From an uncultured delta proteobacterium (GTDB lineage Bacteria > Myxococcota_A > Polyangia > Fen-1088), in NCBI GenBank assembly GCA_963767925.1, contig CAVYGB010000001.1, positions 192,001 to 256,000 of the forward strand: a stretch of DNA of 64,000 nt. Direction: 5' to 3'. A program made the translations under genes and the position numbers. The notes beneath the pieces are model-generated. The model was given only the letters and a program-made list of their open reading frames with translations, did no database searches and was not told the origin of the DNA. Shown here in pieces: positions 22,332 through 32,250 of the stretch. How positions within the stretch are numbered: position 1 is the first letter of the stretch; each line of letters opens with the position of its first letter.

Positions 22332-22660
22332 ATCGAGGTGATCGGGCATCCCCCTCCCGCCCGGCCGGTCGAGTGGCTTCGAGGCAAGGTCCGCGTCCTG
22401 GGCGATGTCGAGTCCACCGGCCTGAAGTGGGACGCCGGTGGTTAACCTCGACACCCATGTCCTGGTGTTCGCGCTGTCTGGTGACGTGACCGTCCGCGAG
22501 CGGCGCATCCTGCCGGCGAACAGCTGGAGCCTCTCACCGATGTCTTCTGGGAGCTCGCAAAGCTCGTTCATCTGGAACGTATCGACCTGGACCTGGATGA
22601 TGCGGAGGTCGTCCGCATTCTCTCTGGCATCCACGCCTGGCCGCTCGATCTCGCGGTGAG
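22332..22660 (+). pseudogene. Phd-like antitoxin tail plus truncated PIN/VapC toxin
   Basis: LRGKVRVLGDVESTGLKWDA*, then VNLDTHVLVFALSG..(fs)VFWELAKL..IDLDLDD; truncated. Confidence 0.7.
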
Positions 22661-22692
22661 CCTGCGTCACGTGCACGATGGCCGCGGATGGG

Positions 22693-22744
22693 CGCTTCCG
22701 CGGAAACGTCAGGTGGGGGTGGTCACGCTCCCGCGGAAACGTCA
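22693..22744. repeat. Two copies of a palindrome, consensus ACGCTYCCGCGGAARCGT
   Basis: Copies at 22693-22710 and 22721-22744; related copies at 4411-4433 and 55631-55646. Confidence 0.7.
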
Positions 22745-22810
22745 GCGGCGCCGGCGACGCGGGCGTCACGGGGATGTCGCTCCTCGAACACGCGCGTGCC
22801 TGGATCCGGC

Positions 22811-23318
22811 TCAGGGTTGGGCCAGGGATTCGGCTTGCTTCAGGTAGGCGGCGTAGTTGGGGTGCAGGTTGGTGTGCAGGAGGTCCATGGCCTCGATGCC
22901 GCACGTGGGGGCGAGGGGAGCGCTCGGGGTGTGGTGGGGCGCGGCCAGGAAGACGACCGCCTGGTAGCTGGGTCTGGCGAGGGCGGTTTTCCACAGCTTG
23001 CGGGCGGGCCACTTGGGGTAGCGGTGCAGCCAGTGCTTGAGGTCCTTGCGGTCGGCGAGGCACTGGCTCAGCCAGGTAGCGGGCTCGGGGGTGATAGCTC
23101 CGGGTGACGGAGGGGCACGCAGGGTGCGGACGAGAGTGATCGACGGGGGACGGTTTGCTCGCGTGAGCTTGACGTCGACGACGGCGATGGCGGCGGCCTT
23201 GGCGGCGAGCTCTGCTGGCTTCAGATATTCACCGGCCAGTGCCGGTCGCGGACACCAGCATCGCAGACAGCGCCGCGGCCCGAGCGAACGTCTTCGAGTG
23301 CCAGCTCGTTCTCATCAT
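22811..23318 (-). CDS. Secreted hypothetical protein with a frameshift in the signal peptide (candidate immunity protein)
   Basis: MMRTSWHSKTFARAAALSAMLVSA (fs ~23245) ALA|GEYLKPAELAAKAAAIAVVDV..AAYLKQAESLAQP*; not in the ORF track; 15 bp after the amidase stop. Confidence 0.55.
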
Positions 23319-23333
23319 TCACCTGTGAGCCTA

Positions 23334-24161
23334 TCATTCGCCCGCCAGCTTCTTCGGACGGAGGACGTAGAGCTCGTCGGCGCCGTCGGTAAAAGAGCGG
23401 TTGGCTGCGTTGGCGGTGGTGCCGGCGAGCCAGTTTCCGGTGTCCTCCGAGGCTCCGCCGTGATGGGCGCCGGTGGTCTTGAACGGGGAGACGCTGGTGA
23501 TCACCTCGATGTGGGCGGTGCCCTCGCCCGCGCCCGGCCGGTCGCGCACGATGACGTCACCCACCTTGATCTGCGACGGGTCGGTGATCCGGTCGAACAG
23601 ATCGTGGCGGGCCGGCCAGGTCTCGGCGCGCGCGTAGTGGAGCGAACCGTTGTCCATCGTCACGGTGGGGGCCTTCACGCCGGCCTCGGTGAGGGCGTCA
23701 CCCACGAACTGGTTGCATTTGTTGTTGCCTTCGAGCCAGCGGGGGCGGGTCTGCCCGGGGACGGTGTTGCCGGACAGTTCGGCGAGGGGGCTGGTGGGAG
23801 CGTTGGCGTAGGCATAGCCCGCGGGGTCCGCAGCCGCCCGGCTGGTGGCGGCCTGGGCGATGGCGGCTCCGTGGTAGGGCCCCTCCCGCCGGCCCAGCTC
23901 GAGCGCGCCGAACAGTTGAGCGGCCTGCCCCGATTTCTCGAAGCTGTTGCGTTCGCCGTTTCGGTCCAGGCTGTCGACGATGTTGAAGGCGGCTCGCAGC
24001 TCGCGACGACCCGAGACGATGCCGTCGCCGTCCAGGTCGGCCTCCGCCAGCTTCGATCCGTCGATCCCCGCGTTCTGGAGCGCGGTCTCGAGGTCGGCGT
24101 CTTCGAGATCGATGCCGTGCGCGAAGGTGTTGTTGAACTCCTGCCGTGTGACCTTGCTCAT
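23334..24161 (-). CDS. EF-hand-like N-domain plus NlpC/P60/CHAP-like amidase
   Basis: DLDGDGIVS and DRNGE loops; NKCNQFVGDAL (Cys) and KVGDVIV..AHIEVI (His); no signal peptide. Confidence 0.7.
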   Translation of the reverse strand: MSKVTRQEFNNTFAHGIDLEDADLETALQNAGIDGSKLAEADLDGDGIVSGRRELRAAFNIVDSLDRNGERNSFEKSGQAAQLFGALELGRREGPYHGAAIAQAATSRAAADPAGYAYANAPTSPLAELSGNTVPGQTRPRWLEGNNKCNQFVGDALTEAGVKAPTVTMDNGSLHYARAETWPARHDLFDRITDPSQIKVGDVIVRDRPGAGEGTAHIEVITSVSPFKTTGAHHGGASEDTGNWLAGTTANAANRSFTDGADELYVLRPKKLAGE

Positions 24162-24239
24162 GTCGGTTCGCCTCGTGCGAGTTTTCGGTCGAGGTCCGAC
24201 GAAAGTTGCGCGCCGACGGCGGGAGAGCCTCCTGGAGAC

Positions 24240-24340
24240 CTCCCTCCGCGCAGCGACTGGAGCCGAGGTCGAGGGCTACACAACCGACGGCAAAACGGTG
24301 AACAACTACCTCAGCGTTCTCCGTCGCATGCTCGGTGTGA
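24240..24340 (+). pseudogene. Tyrosine recombinase fragment
   Basis: AEVEGY..GKTVNNYLSVLRRML resembles the core-binding helix of phage integrases. Confidence 0.4.
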
Positions 24341-24544
24341 CGAGGAGTAGCTCCGCCGCTCAACCGCCAGCCGGACCTCATGACGCCGTCGGCGAGCGAC
24401 AACCCGCGTGGTTTCACAGGACTTTTGCAGGCGCGGGGTGGCGGGTAACATTATCTAGTATAGGTATAGAAACGTTTCGGTAGTGCGGCTGGCGACGTGG
24501 GGTTCTTCTCCCCGAAACACGGTCCCAACGAGACGAGGGTTTTG

Positions 24545-26191
24545 ATGCTGAGCTCTGGCTGGAGACGCCTTTCCTTTGTTGTGCTGGTGGGGGCGGGCCT
24601 CGGGTGTAACGGGGTGATTGTGCCCGGTGAGGGGGGCGGTTTGGGCGGGGGCGGGGATCCGGCGGCGGGGGCGCCCGCGACGGGACAGATGCGGCGGTTG
24701 ACGGCGGCGCAGTTTCGGCGGTCGTTGCAGGATCTTCTCGGCGGTCCGGTGGCGGGGTTGGGGGAGGTCGAGGAGCCGCCGATCAGCACCAGCTTGCGGG
24801 CGATCGGGGCTTCCATCTCGGCGGTGTCGCCGCGGGGGGTGGAGCAGTTCGAGAGCGCGATTGGCAAGGCGCTGGATCCGGTGTTTCGCGATGCGGGTCG
24901 CCGCATGGGGGTGGTCGGCTGTGAGCCCGCGGGGGCCTGGGATGCGGGCTGCGCGCGGCGCTTTGTCGAGGGGTTCGGGTTGCGGGCCTGGCGGCGGCCG
25001 CTGGCGGCCGACGAGATCGATCGCTACCTCGCGCTCGGCGAGGAGGAGGCGCGGGCTTCCGGGCGGTTTGCCGATGGGGCGCAGACCATCGCCTCGGCGT
25101 TGCTGCAGTCGCCGAACTTCATCTACCGGGTCGAGCTCGGGCGGGCGCCGGCGGCGGGCAAGAGCTGGGGGCGGTATGGCGGGTTCGAGCTGGCGACGCG
25201 CATGTCGTATTTCCTGTGGGGGACCACGCCGGACCCGGCCCTGCTGGCTGCCGCCCGCGAGGGGGCGCTGAACACGCCGGCGGGCGCGCGCGTGCAGGCG
25301 CAGCGCCTGCTCGATTCGCCCCGGCTGGCCGAGGGGCTCGCCGACCTGGTGGGGGACATGATGGCGCTCGACGGGGTCGACATCATGGTGAAGGACCCTG
25401 CCATCTACCCCCAGCTCACGCCGAGCTTGCGGCTGGCGCTGCGCGAGGAGGTCGTGCGCCTGGTCCAGGACATCGCCGTCACGCGCGACGGCGACCTGAT
25501 GGAGCTGTTCGACACCGACCGCACCTTCGTGAACGCGGAGCTGGGCAAGCTGTACGGCATCCCGGTTTCGGGCACGGGCTGGGTGGAGGCGCGCCACCCG
25601 GCGGGCGAGGGGCGCGCGGGGTTGCTGACGGCGGCGGCGCTGCTCACGCCCCACGACAAGGCCCACCAGACCTCGCCCACCCGGCGCGGGGCCTTCATCC
25701 GCAACACCTACTTCTGCGACCACATCCCCGACCCGCCTCCGGGCGTCGACACCTCCCCCGAGCCGCTGGCGCCCGGGGTGGTCATCAGCCGCCGGGAGAG
25801 CCTGGCCCAGCACAACACCGACGCGGCCTGCGCGCCCTGCCACGAGCTGATGGATCCCCTCGGCCTGGCGCTCGAGAACTTCGACGCCATGGGGGTCCAC
25901 CGCCTCAAGGAGGAGAACGGGCTGGCCATCGACGCCAGCGGGGTCATCGACGGGACGGCCTTCAGCGGGCCGCGCGCGCTGGGGGCGCACATGCGCCAGA
26001 GCCCGAAGGTGCGCGACTGCATGGCCCGCTGGATCTACCGCTACGCGACCGGGCGCGAGGAGAACAGCTACGACAACGCCCAGATCGAGCGGCTGGTGGC
26101 GGACTTCGCCAGCTCGGGGCAGCGGCTCGAGCCGCTGCTGCTGAACCTGCTGCTCAACGACGGCTTCGTGAACGTGTCGGCGACCCGATAG
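24545..26191 (+). CDS. DUF1592/DUF1588 (PSD/PSCyt) family lipoprotein
   Basis: MRRLTAAQF, LLQSPNFIYRVE, ELATRMSYFLW, TSPTRRG, CAPCHELMDPLG and ENFDAMG. Confidence 0.9.
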   Translation: MLSSGWRRLSFVVLVGAGLGCNGVIVPGEGGGLGGGGDPAAGAPATGQMRRLTAAQFRRSLQDLLGGPVAGLGEVEEPPISTSLRAIGASISAVSPRGVEQFESAIGKALDPVFRDAGRRMGVVGCEPAGAWDAGCARRFVEGFGLRAWRRPLAADEIDRYLALGEEEARASGRFADGAQTIASALLQSPNFIYRVELGRAPAAGKSWGRYGGFELATRMSYFLWGTTPDPALLAAAREGALNTPAGARVQAQRLLDSPRLAEGLADLVGDMMALDGVDIMVKDPAIYPQLTPSLRLALREEVVRLVQDIAVTRDGDLMELFDTDRTFVNAELGKLYGIPVSGTGWVEARHPAGEGRAGLLTAAALLTPHDKAHQTSPTRRGAFIRNTYFCDHIPDPPPGVDTSPEPLAPGVVISRRESLAQHNTDAACAPCHELMDPLGLALENFDAMGVHRLKEENGLAIDASGVIDGTAFSGPRALGAHMRQSPKVRDCMARWIYRYATGREENSYDNAQIERLVADFASSGQRLEPLLLNLLLNDGFVNVSATR

Positions 26192-26201
26192 GAGCACCGC
26201 G

Positions 26202-27593
26202 ATGGCATCTTTTCTCTCTCGCAAGCCCCTCTCTCGACGCCTGCTGCTCCGGGGAATGACCGCCGGGGCGGCGGTCGGTGTGTCGCTGCCCCGGCTGGGG
26301 GCGATGCTCGACGGCAACGGCGCGGCCTACGCCGACGGGCGGGCCCTGCCGAAGCGGTTCGGGGTCTGGTTCTGGGGCAACGGCAACAACCCCTCTCGCT
26401 GGAACCCCAAGACGGTCGGCCTGGGGTCGGCCTGGGAGCTCAGCGAGCAGCTCGCCCCCTTCGCCAAGGTGAAGCAGAACCTCACCGTCCTCAGCGGCTA
26501 CGACTGCAAGGTCGGGGGCGCCGTGCACCGCACCGGTCCGGCGGCGGCCCTCAGCGGCGCGCCCCCCAGCCGGGCCCAGAACTACACCGCCGCCACCATC
26601 GACCACGTCATCGCCAAGCTGATCGGCGGCAGCACGCCCTTCCGCTCGCTCGAGGTCGGGGTCTGCCGGGCCACCGCCAACGGCTCGGGCCACGCGGTCA
26701 ACTACGCCTCCTCCTCGGGGCCCAACGCCCCGGTGGCGCCGGAGTACGACGCCAAGGTCGTCTTCGAGCGGCTGTTCGGCAAGGCCCCCAGCGGGGCGCC
26801 GGCGCTGCCCGGGACGCCGGCGGGGCCGGATCGCTCGCTGATCCGGCGCAAGCGGGTGCTCGACACGGTCGCCGAGGACGCCCGCGTCCTGCGGCGGCGG
26901 CTGGGGGCCGACGACGCCCGCCGGCTCGACCAGCACCTCGAGGGGATCGACCAGCTCGAGAAGCGCATCTCGATGATGTCCTTGCCCGGGGCGGGCCCGG
27001 CCGGCGCGGCCTGCAGCCTGGCGCCCGACGCCGCCGGGACCTACCCGGCGGTGCTGGCCGACAACAACGGCCTGGTCACCCACGAGCAGAACCAGGCCAT
27101 GGCCGACCTCGTCACCTACGCCGCCTCCTGCGATCTGACCCGGGTCTTCCTCTTCCAGCACGGCCGCCCGGCGGCCCACTACAACATGCGGGTCATCGGC
27201 ATCAACACCAACATCCACGACGACATCAGCCACGGGGAGGGCGGCGATCAGCCGACCATGAACCGGGCGATGCTGTACTGGATGGACCAGTTCCGCTACT
27301 TCGTGGAAAAGTTCCAGGACACGCCCGACGGCGCCAGCAACCTGCTCGAGAACAGCATCGTCTACGCCACCTCCGACGTATCGCTGGGGCGCAGCCACTC
27401 GGCCAGCGACATGCCGGTTCTCCTGTTCGGGCGGGGCGGCGGCGTGCTCAAGGGTGACCAGCACCACCGCGCGGAGAAGGACAACATCAGCAAAGTGCTG
27501 TTCACCCTGGTCAACCTGTTCGGCGCCAACGTGACCGAGTTCGGCCTCGGGCCGGGCCGGGTCACCAGCGGGATCCCCGAGATCCTGGCCTGA
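26202..27593 (+). CDS. DUF1552 (HXXSHH) protein with Tat signal
   Basis: LSRRLLLRG twin-Arg motif, HDDISH; canonical partner of DUF1592. Confidence 0.9.
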   Translation: MASFLSRKPLSRRLLLRGMTAGAAVGVSLPRLGAMLDGNGAAYADGRALPKRFGVWFWGNGNNPSRWNPKTVGLGSAWELSEQLAPFAKVKQNLTVLSGYDCKVGGAVHRTGPAAALSGAPPSRAQNYTAATIDHVIAKLIGGSTPFRSLEVGVCRATANGSGHAVNYASSSGPNAPVAPEYDAKVVFERLFGKAPSGAPALPGTPAGPDRSLIRRKRVLDTVAEDARVLRRRLGADDARRLDQHLEGIDQLEKRISMMSLPGAGPAGAACSLAPDAAGTYPAVLADNNGLVTHEQNQAMADLVTYAASCDLTRVFLFQHGRPAAHYNMRVIGINTNIHDDISHGEGGDQPTMNRAMLYWMDQFRYFVEKFQDTPDGASNLLENSIVYATSDVSLGRSHSASDMPVLLFGRGGGVLKGDQHHRAEKDNISKVLFTLVNLFGANVTEFGLGPGRVTSGIPEILA

Positions 27594-27637
27594 CCGGGGG
27601 CGCGTCCTGCGCCGGGAGGGGAGACCCGCCCCGGCGT

Positions 27638-28314
27638 ATGATGCTCCTGAGCATCGTACGCGCGCGGCGCGGGCCAGCGGCCCGTTCCCTGCCTTCCACT
27701 TTGCCCTCGCCCTGCCGCTGGCCCTGGCCGGGCTGGCGCTCGGGGCGCCGGCGGCGGCCGCCGAGTGGCCCCCCCTCGACAAGCAGGTGACCCTGCGGGG
27801 CGACCTCGTCGCCTACCAGTACTGGCTCGCCAACGGGCTCACCGTCGTGCTCACGCCCAACCCGGCGGCGCCGCTTGTGTCGATCTACCACTGGGTCAAG
27901 GCGGGCAGCCTGCACGAGACGCCCGGGGTGACCGGCATCGCCCACCTGTTCGAGCACATGATGTTCCGGCCGGTGGCGCCCAACCCGGCGGCGGGCAGCT
28001 TCTCCACCGCCTGCCGGGTGGCGGCCCGGTCTTCCAGCAGGTACCGCGCCTTCCAGGACCCCGAGGCGGACGGCGACGCTCTCTACCGCATCGGGTTCTC
28101 CGGCTCGCTCGACAGCCTGGCCTACTTCGTCGGCTACCGGATGGCCCAGACCATCGAGAAGCGCCGCGGCCGGGCCCGCCTGCTGCAGCTCATCGCCCGC
28201 GACCCCACCGAGTTCTTCCACGAATACGCCGCCACCCGCACCTCCCAGGACCCCACCTTCAGCGCTCCCTTCCAGCAGATCCTGGAATCTCTCACCACCC
28301 CCGTTACCCACTGA
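27638..28314 (+). pseudogene. Deletion chimera: M16 peptidase N-terminus fused to an unrelated Zn-protease-like C-terminus
   Basis: LANGLTVVL..KAGSLHE..GIAHLFEHMMF (HxxEH), then AYFVGYRMAQTIE..DPTEFF; far too short for M16; signal region frameshifted. Confidence 0.65.
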
Positions 28315-28451
28315 GCGCTCGCGGCGATGGCCGCCGGCGTCCTCCTTCGGCGTCGACGGGGGCCGAGCCGAGATCGCGCAGCGGCGACTCGACCCGCCCG
28401 ACGGGGTGTAGCGCGAACGCGTCCGGCTCGCCCATGCTCCGGCCTCGCGGG

Positions 28452-29504
28452 TCAGCGGTCTGCGGGGAGGGCCAGGCTGTTGCCGTCGTCGACCTGCAGA
28501 TACGGGCCGAGCGGGACGGCGTCGTTCCAGATGTCGAAGCTGCCGAGAGCGGTGCTCGGAAACGATCCGGGCTGATAGGCGGTGGGGGAGGTGCAGGTGA
28601 CGCTGGAGACGCTGGCCGGATTCGGGGCCTCGCGGCGGAGGACGTCGAGGTACCAGTACTTCTTCAGCGCGCGCCGCTCCCGCGCCCGCAGCGGGGAGGC
28701 GCTGGTGCAGATGCCGTAGGCGAAGCGCAGCAGGGCCCGGACCGGCGCCGGGGGGGTGTATTCGGGGTCGATCGAGTCGCCGGGGCGGACGGTGAAGACG
28801 CGGCCCTCGGTGATGGTCATCTGCTGGGCCTCGGCGGCGATGGCCATGACCACGACGAGCCGCCCGCCCTGGTAGGCGCTGCGCGCCGAGCGAAAGCCGG
28901 GGGCGGTCGCGCGCAGGCGGGTCCGGCCGCCGGGGACGGCCACCGCAAACGTGCCGTCCGCGCCGCTCCACACGGTGGCGATCGGGGCCCCGCTCTCGCG
29001 GACGGCCTCCAGCCGGATGCCATCGAGCCCGACGCCGGTCTCGTCGACAACGCGGCCCCGCAGGACGAACCCCCGGGGGGACTCGACGCTGGCGGCGGGC
29101 TCGGCGGCGTCCGTGCCGTCGACGGCGCTGGGGGGCAGCCGGGCGACGACAAGCTCGAAGCGGCCGGGTCCGGCCGGGACGAGGCGCGTGACGCCGAACG
29201 CCGGCGAGACGACGCCGAAGTTGTACCGCCCCTGCGGGACGACGAGCTGGACCTTGCCCGCGGCGTCCGAGGCGGCCATGGCTGCCACGGCGTCGGTGCG
29301 GGCGTCCGCGGCGAACACCATCAGCCCATCGACCGGCCGGCCGGTCATGTCCATCACCGTCCCCGCGATGGTCCGCCGCTTGACCGCGGGAGCGGGCGGG
29401 TCGTCCGGCGCGGCGCGCGCGCCCCGGCCGCTGGTGACGCCCAGCAGCCCGACGAGGACCATCCCCCCGACGACCCTGGCGATTGTCCCGCGAAGCGTGC
29501 GCAC
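28452..29504 (-). CDS. Secreted protein with two carboxypeptidase-regulatory-like domains
   Basis: Signal peptide; IAGTVMDMTGRPV and LRGRVVDETG..DGTF..ATAPGF. Confidence 0.7.
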   Translation of the reverse strand: MRTLRGTIARVVGGMVLVGLLGVTSGRGARAAPDDPPAPAVKRRTIAGTVMDMTGRPVDGLMVFAADARTDAVAAMAASDAAGKVQLVVPQGRYNFGVVSPAFGVTRLVPAGPGRFELVVARLPPSAVDGTDAAEPAASVESPRGFVLRGRVVDETGVGLDGIRLEAVRESGAPIATVWSGADGTFAVAVPGGRTRLRATAPGFRSARSAYQGGRLVVVMAIAAEAQQMTITEGRVFTVRPGDSIDPEYTPPAPVRALLRFAYGICTSASPLRARERRALKKYWYLDVLRREAPNPASVSSVTCTSPTAYQPGSFPSTALGSFDIWNDAVPLGPYLQVDDGNSLALPADR

Positions 29505-29862
29505 AGGGTCCGACGATCGCGCTCCCCCCGGGTGGTGTCAACACGGCCCTCGTGCGGGTGTAGATGCGCCGCGGGCGTGGGCGGGATGCGCTGGCGCGTG
29601 GTGGCGTGCGACAACGCCCCCATCGAGCGCCTCACCGACACCATCTTCCTGCGCGCCCTCTGGCACAACCAGGTCCGCCCCCGCGGCCCCGGCTGATCCA
29701 CGCCCGGCGCGCGGCGCCCGCTCCGTCGCCGCCGTCCGAACCGCCCGCGCCCGGCCCGCCGCGACGTACGGTCCGCCCGGTCTCCCCGCGAGGCCCGCCC
29801 GCTCTCGATCCGCGCCCCACGCGCCTCAACCCCCTGCGCCGAAGTACCGATGCAGGTCGCGC

Positions 29863-31581
29863 ATGCACCTCCGACGACACCCTACCCGAAACGGCGCCGC
29901 ACCCGCCGAAGCCCACCTCCCGTCCCCCGCGCTCCGGACGGCGCCGTGGTGCGCCCTCGCCCTGCTCGCGGTCAACCTCGCCTGCGGCGGCAGCGCCAGC
30001 AAGCCCCAGGACGGCGGCAGCGGCGGCTCGGGCGGAAGCGGGGGGACCGGTGGCAGCGGCGGCGCGGGCGGCAGCGGCGGCCGCACCCCCGACGCCGCCA
30101 CCCCGGACGGCCCGCCCACGGCCGGCGGCACCGTGCTGCGCACCTACGTCTACCACCAGCTCACCGACCTCAGCCCGGGCGTGATGACCCAGCAACGCTG
30201 GCACGCCGCCATCAGCGGCGACGGGCGGGGCATCGCCTTCGTCCAGAACACCTACAACCCCAGCAAGCTCTTTTACATCAACAGCGACGGCACCGGGCAG
30301 GTCGAGCTCGACTCCTATTCGCCGTACTGTGCCTGCAGCCCCCAGGTCTCCATCAGCGACGACGGCACGGGCATCGTCTGGGGCAGCCCCACCGAGCTGC
30401 GCTACGTCCGCTCCGACGGCAGCAACAAGAAGACGCTCCTCGAGGTGGCCGGCGAGATCTCCGACTTCCGCATCACCGGCGACGGCACCCGCGTCTTCTT
30501 CGTCGAGCGCCGCAACGACGGCGACCGCAACAGCGCCGCCCGCTTCAACCGGGGGATCTGGGTGATCAACGTCGACGGCACCGGCCTGACCCAGGTGGTG
30601 GGCACCGCCGCCCTGGCCGCGCTGTATGGCGTGACCGAGGACAACGTGTTCCCCTTCGCCGGCTGCGGCGTCTCACTCGGCGTGTCGCGCGACGGCGGCC
30701 GCCTGGTCTTCGTCGCCAACATCGTCGGCGCCGGACAGAAGGTGATCACGGCGACCGGCGCCGGCGGCGGCCTGCAGAAGATCGCCGACTCGGCCGGCGG
30801 CTACCTCACGATCGGCAAGGTCGCCATCAGCGCCGATGGCACCAGGATCCTCTACACCGTGACCCTCGCCGACGACTCCTACGACCTGGTCGTGGCGGGC
30901 TTCGACGGCGGCAACAAGCGCACCCTGGCCAACACCAACCAGATCAGCTTCTCGGGCGGCGGCGCCTGCGGCGATCCCGGCCTGCTCACCACCGACGGCA
31001 GCAAGGCTTACCTGGCCGACGCCGGCCTGCTGTTCGACACCGATGGCAGCGGCAAGAAGATCTCGCTGACCCTCCCGACCAACGTCACCGGCCCCACGCT
31101 GCTGACCGACCGCCAGTACGGCGGCTGGATGAACGGCGCCGGATCGCGCTTCTCCTACGTGACCCCGGCCGCGGGTGGCCTCTACCAGCTCGTGCTGCTC
31201 GAGCTCGATCCCGCCGGCCGCGGGCTGGCCCCCACCATCGACATGGCCAGGGTGACGCCACCGAAGCTGATGAAAGGCGGCGGCTCCGGCGGCTCCACCG
31301 TCAGCGCCCGGGTGATGGGCCAGGGTACTCTTCACGGCGTCTCGACCGTGTTCGCCCGCGAGGGCATGCGGGACAACGAGCTGAACGCGGCCCACTCCCT
31401 GGTCGACACCGGCATGCAGGGGGACAGCCAGGCCGGCGACGGCGTCTACTCCAGCAACCTCTTCAGCGCCTCCCAGGCCGCCGCCCCCGGCCCCCGCACC
31501 CTGCGCATCCACAGCGAGAGCACCAGCAACGGCCGCCGCCATGGCACCGTCGTCGAGCTCTCGGACATCGCGGTCGAGTAG
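29863..31581 (+). CDS. Lipoprotein with TolB-like beta-propeller
   Basis: NLAC lipobox, Gly/Ser linker, ISGDG/ISDDG/ISADG repeats, C-terminal GDSQAGDGVYS. Confidence 0.75.
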   Translation: MHLRRHPTRNGAAPAEAHLPSPALRTAPWCALALLAVNLACGGSASKPQDGGSGGSGGSGGTGGSGGAGGSGGRTPDAATPDGPPTAGGTVLRTYVYHQLTDLSPGVMTQQRWHAAISGDGRGIAFVQNTYNPSKLFYINSDGTGQVELDSYSPYCACSPQVSISDDGTGIVWGSPTELRYVRSDGSNKKTLLEVAGEISDFRITGDGTRVFFVERRNDGDRNSAARFNRGIWVINVDGTGLTQVVGTAALAALYGVTEDNVFPFAGCGVSLGVSRDGGRLVFVANIVGAGQKVITATGAGGGLQKIADSAGGYLTIGKVAISADGTRILYTVTLADDSYDLVVAGFDGGNKRTLANTNQISFSGGGACGDPGLLTTDGSKAYLADAGLLFDTDGSGKKISLTLPTNVTGPTLLTDRQYGGWMNGAGSRFSYVTPAAGGLYQLVLLELDPAGRGLAPTIDMARVTPPKLMKGGGSGGSTVSARVMGQGTLHGVSTVFAREGMRDNELNAAHSLVDTGMQGDSQAGDGVYSSNLFSASQAAAPGPRTLRIHSESTSNGRRHGTVVELSDIAVE

Positions 31582-31717
31582 CCACCGGCGACCGGGCCGG
31601 GCCGGTCGGGGCGGCGCTGGCCCCGGCCTCGCAGCCTCCGGGACGCCGGCAGGGCGCAGCGGCGGGGCCGTTCCAGAAAGGGTTGTTGCGGAGCGCGGTC
31701 GGTCCTACCTTCGTGGC

Positions 31718-32203
31718 ATGGCAGCCAAACGTGAGCTCATGAGTCCGAGGGGCGACAAGCGCTACGTCCGCCGGGACGCCCGGGGTCGGATCGTCGAGGT
31801 GGACGACGTGGGGCGCTCCCTGGCCCAGGACCGGCGCCGCAAGGCGGGCAAGACCGCCGGCAAGGGACAGGGGGACAAGGGCGACCGCGCCGCGACGCCG
31901 GCGCGCAAGGGCGCCCGGTCGGCGGCGGCCAAGAAGGGCGCGAGCGCCGCCAAGCGCGGCGCGGGCTCGACGAGCAGCGGCCGGGCCAAGCCCAAGGTCA
32001 AGGGCGGCCGGGCCCCCCAGGCGCGCAAGGGCGGGCGGGCGAAGGGAACGAAGAGGACGACGAAGACGGCCCGGACCAGCGCCGCCAAGCGCGGCCGCGC
32101 CAAGCTGGCCAGCAAGCGCCGCGCCCCGACGGCGAAGGGCGGTCGCAAGACGGCGCGCCAGCGCCTCTTGCTGCTGTCGCACATGGCGCCCATCGTGGCC
32201 TGA
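31718..32203 (+). CDS. Small basic protein with a Lys/Arg/Ala-rich histone-like tail
   Basis: DKRYVRRDARGR..DDVGRSLAQDRRR..GQGDKGD conserved head, followed by an AKK/AKR-rich tail. Confidence 0.7.
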   Translation: MAAKRELMSPRGDKRYVRRDARGRIVEVDDVGRSLAQDRRRKAGKTAGKGQGDKGDRAATPARKGARSAAAKKGASAAKRGAGSTSSGRAKPKVKGGRAPQARKGGRAKGTKRTTKTARTSAAKRGRAKLASKRRAPTAKGGRKTARQRLLLLSHMAPIVA

Positions 32204-32250
32204 GGTCCCGCCCGCCGCCCGCCACCCGGATCTGCTAGCCTCGCGGGCCA

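Noticed and set aside
24440..24478. dif-like site in an AT-rich patch
   Set aside because: Only a weak match to the XerD arm and no XerC arm; more likely a promoter
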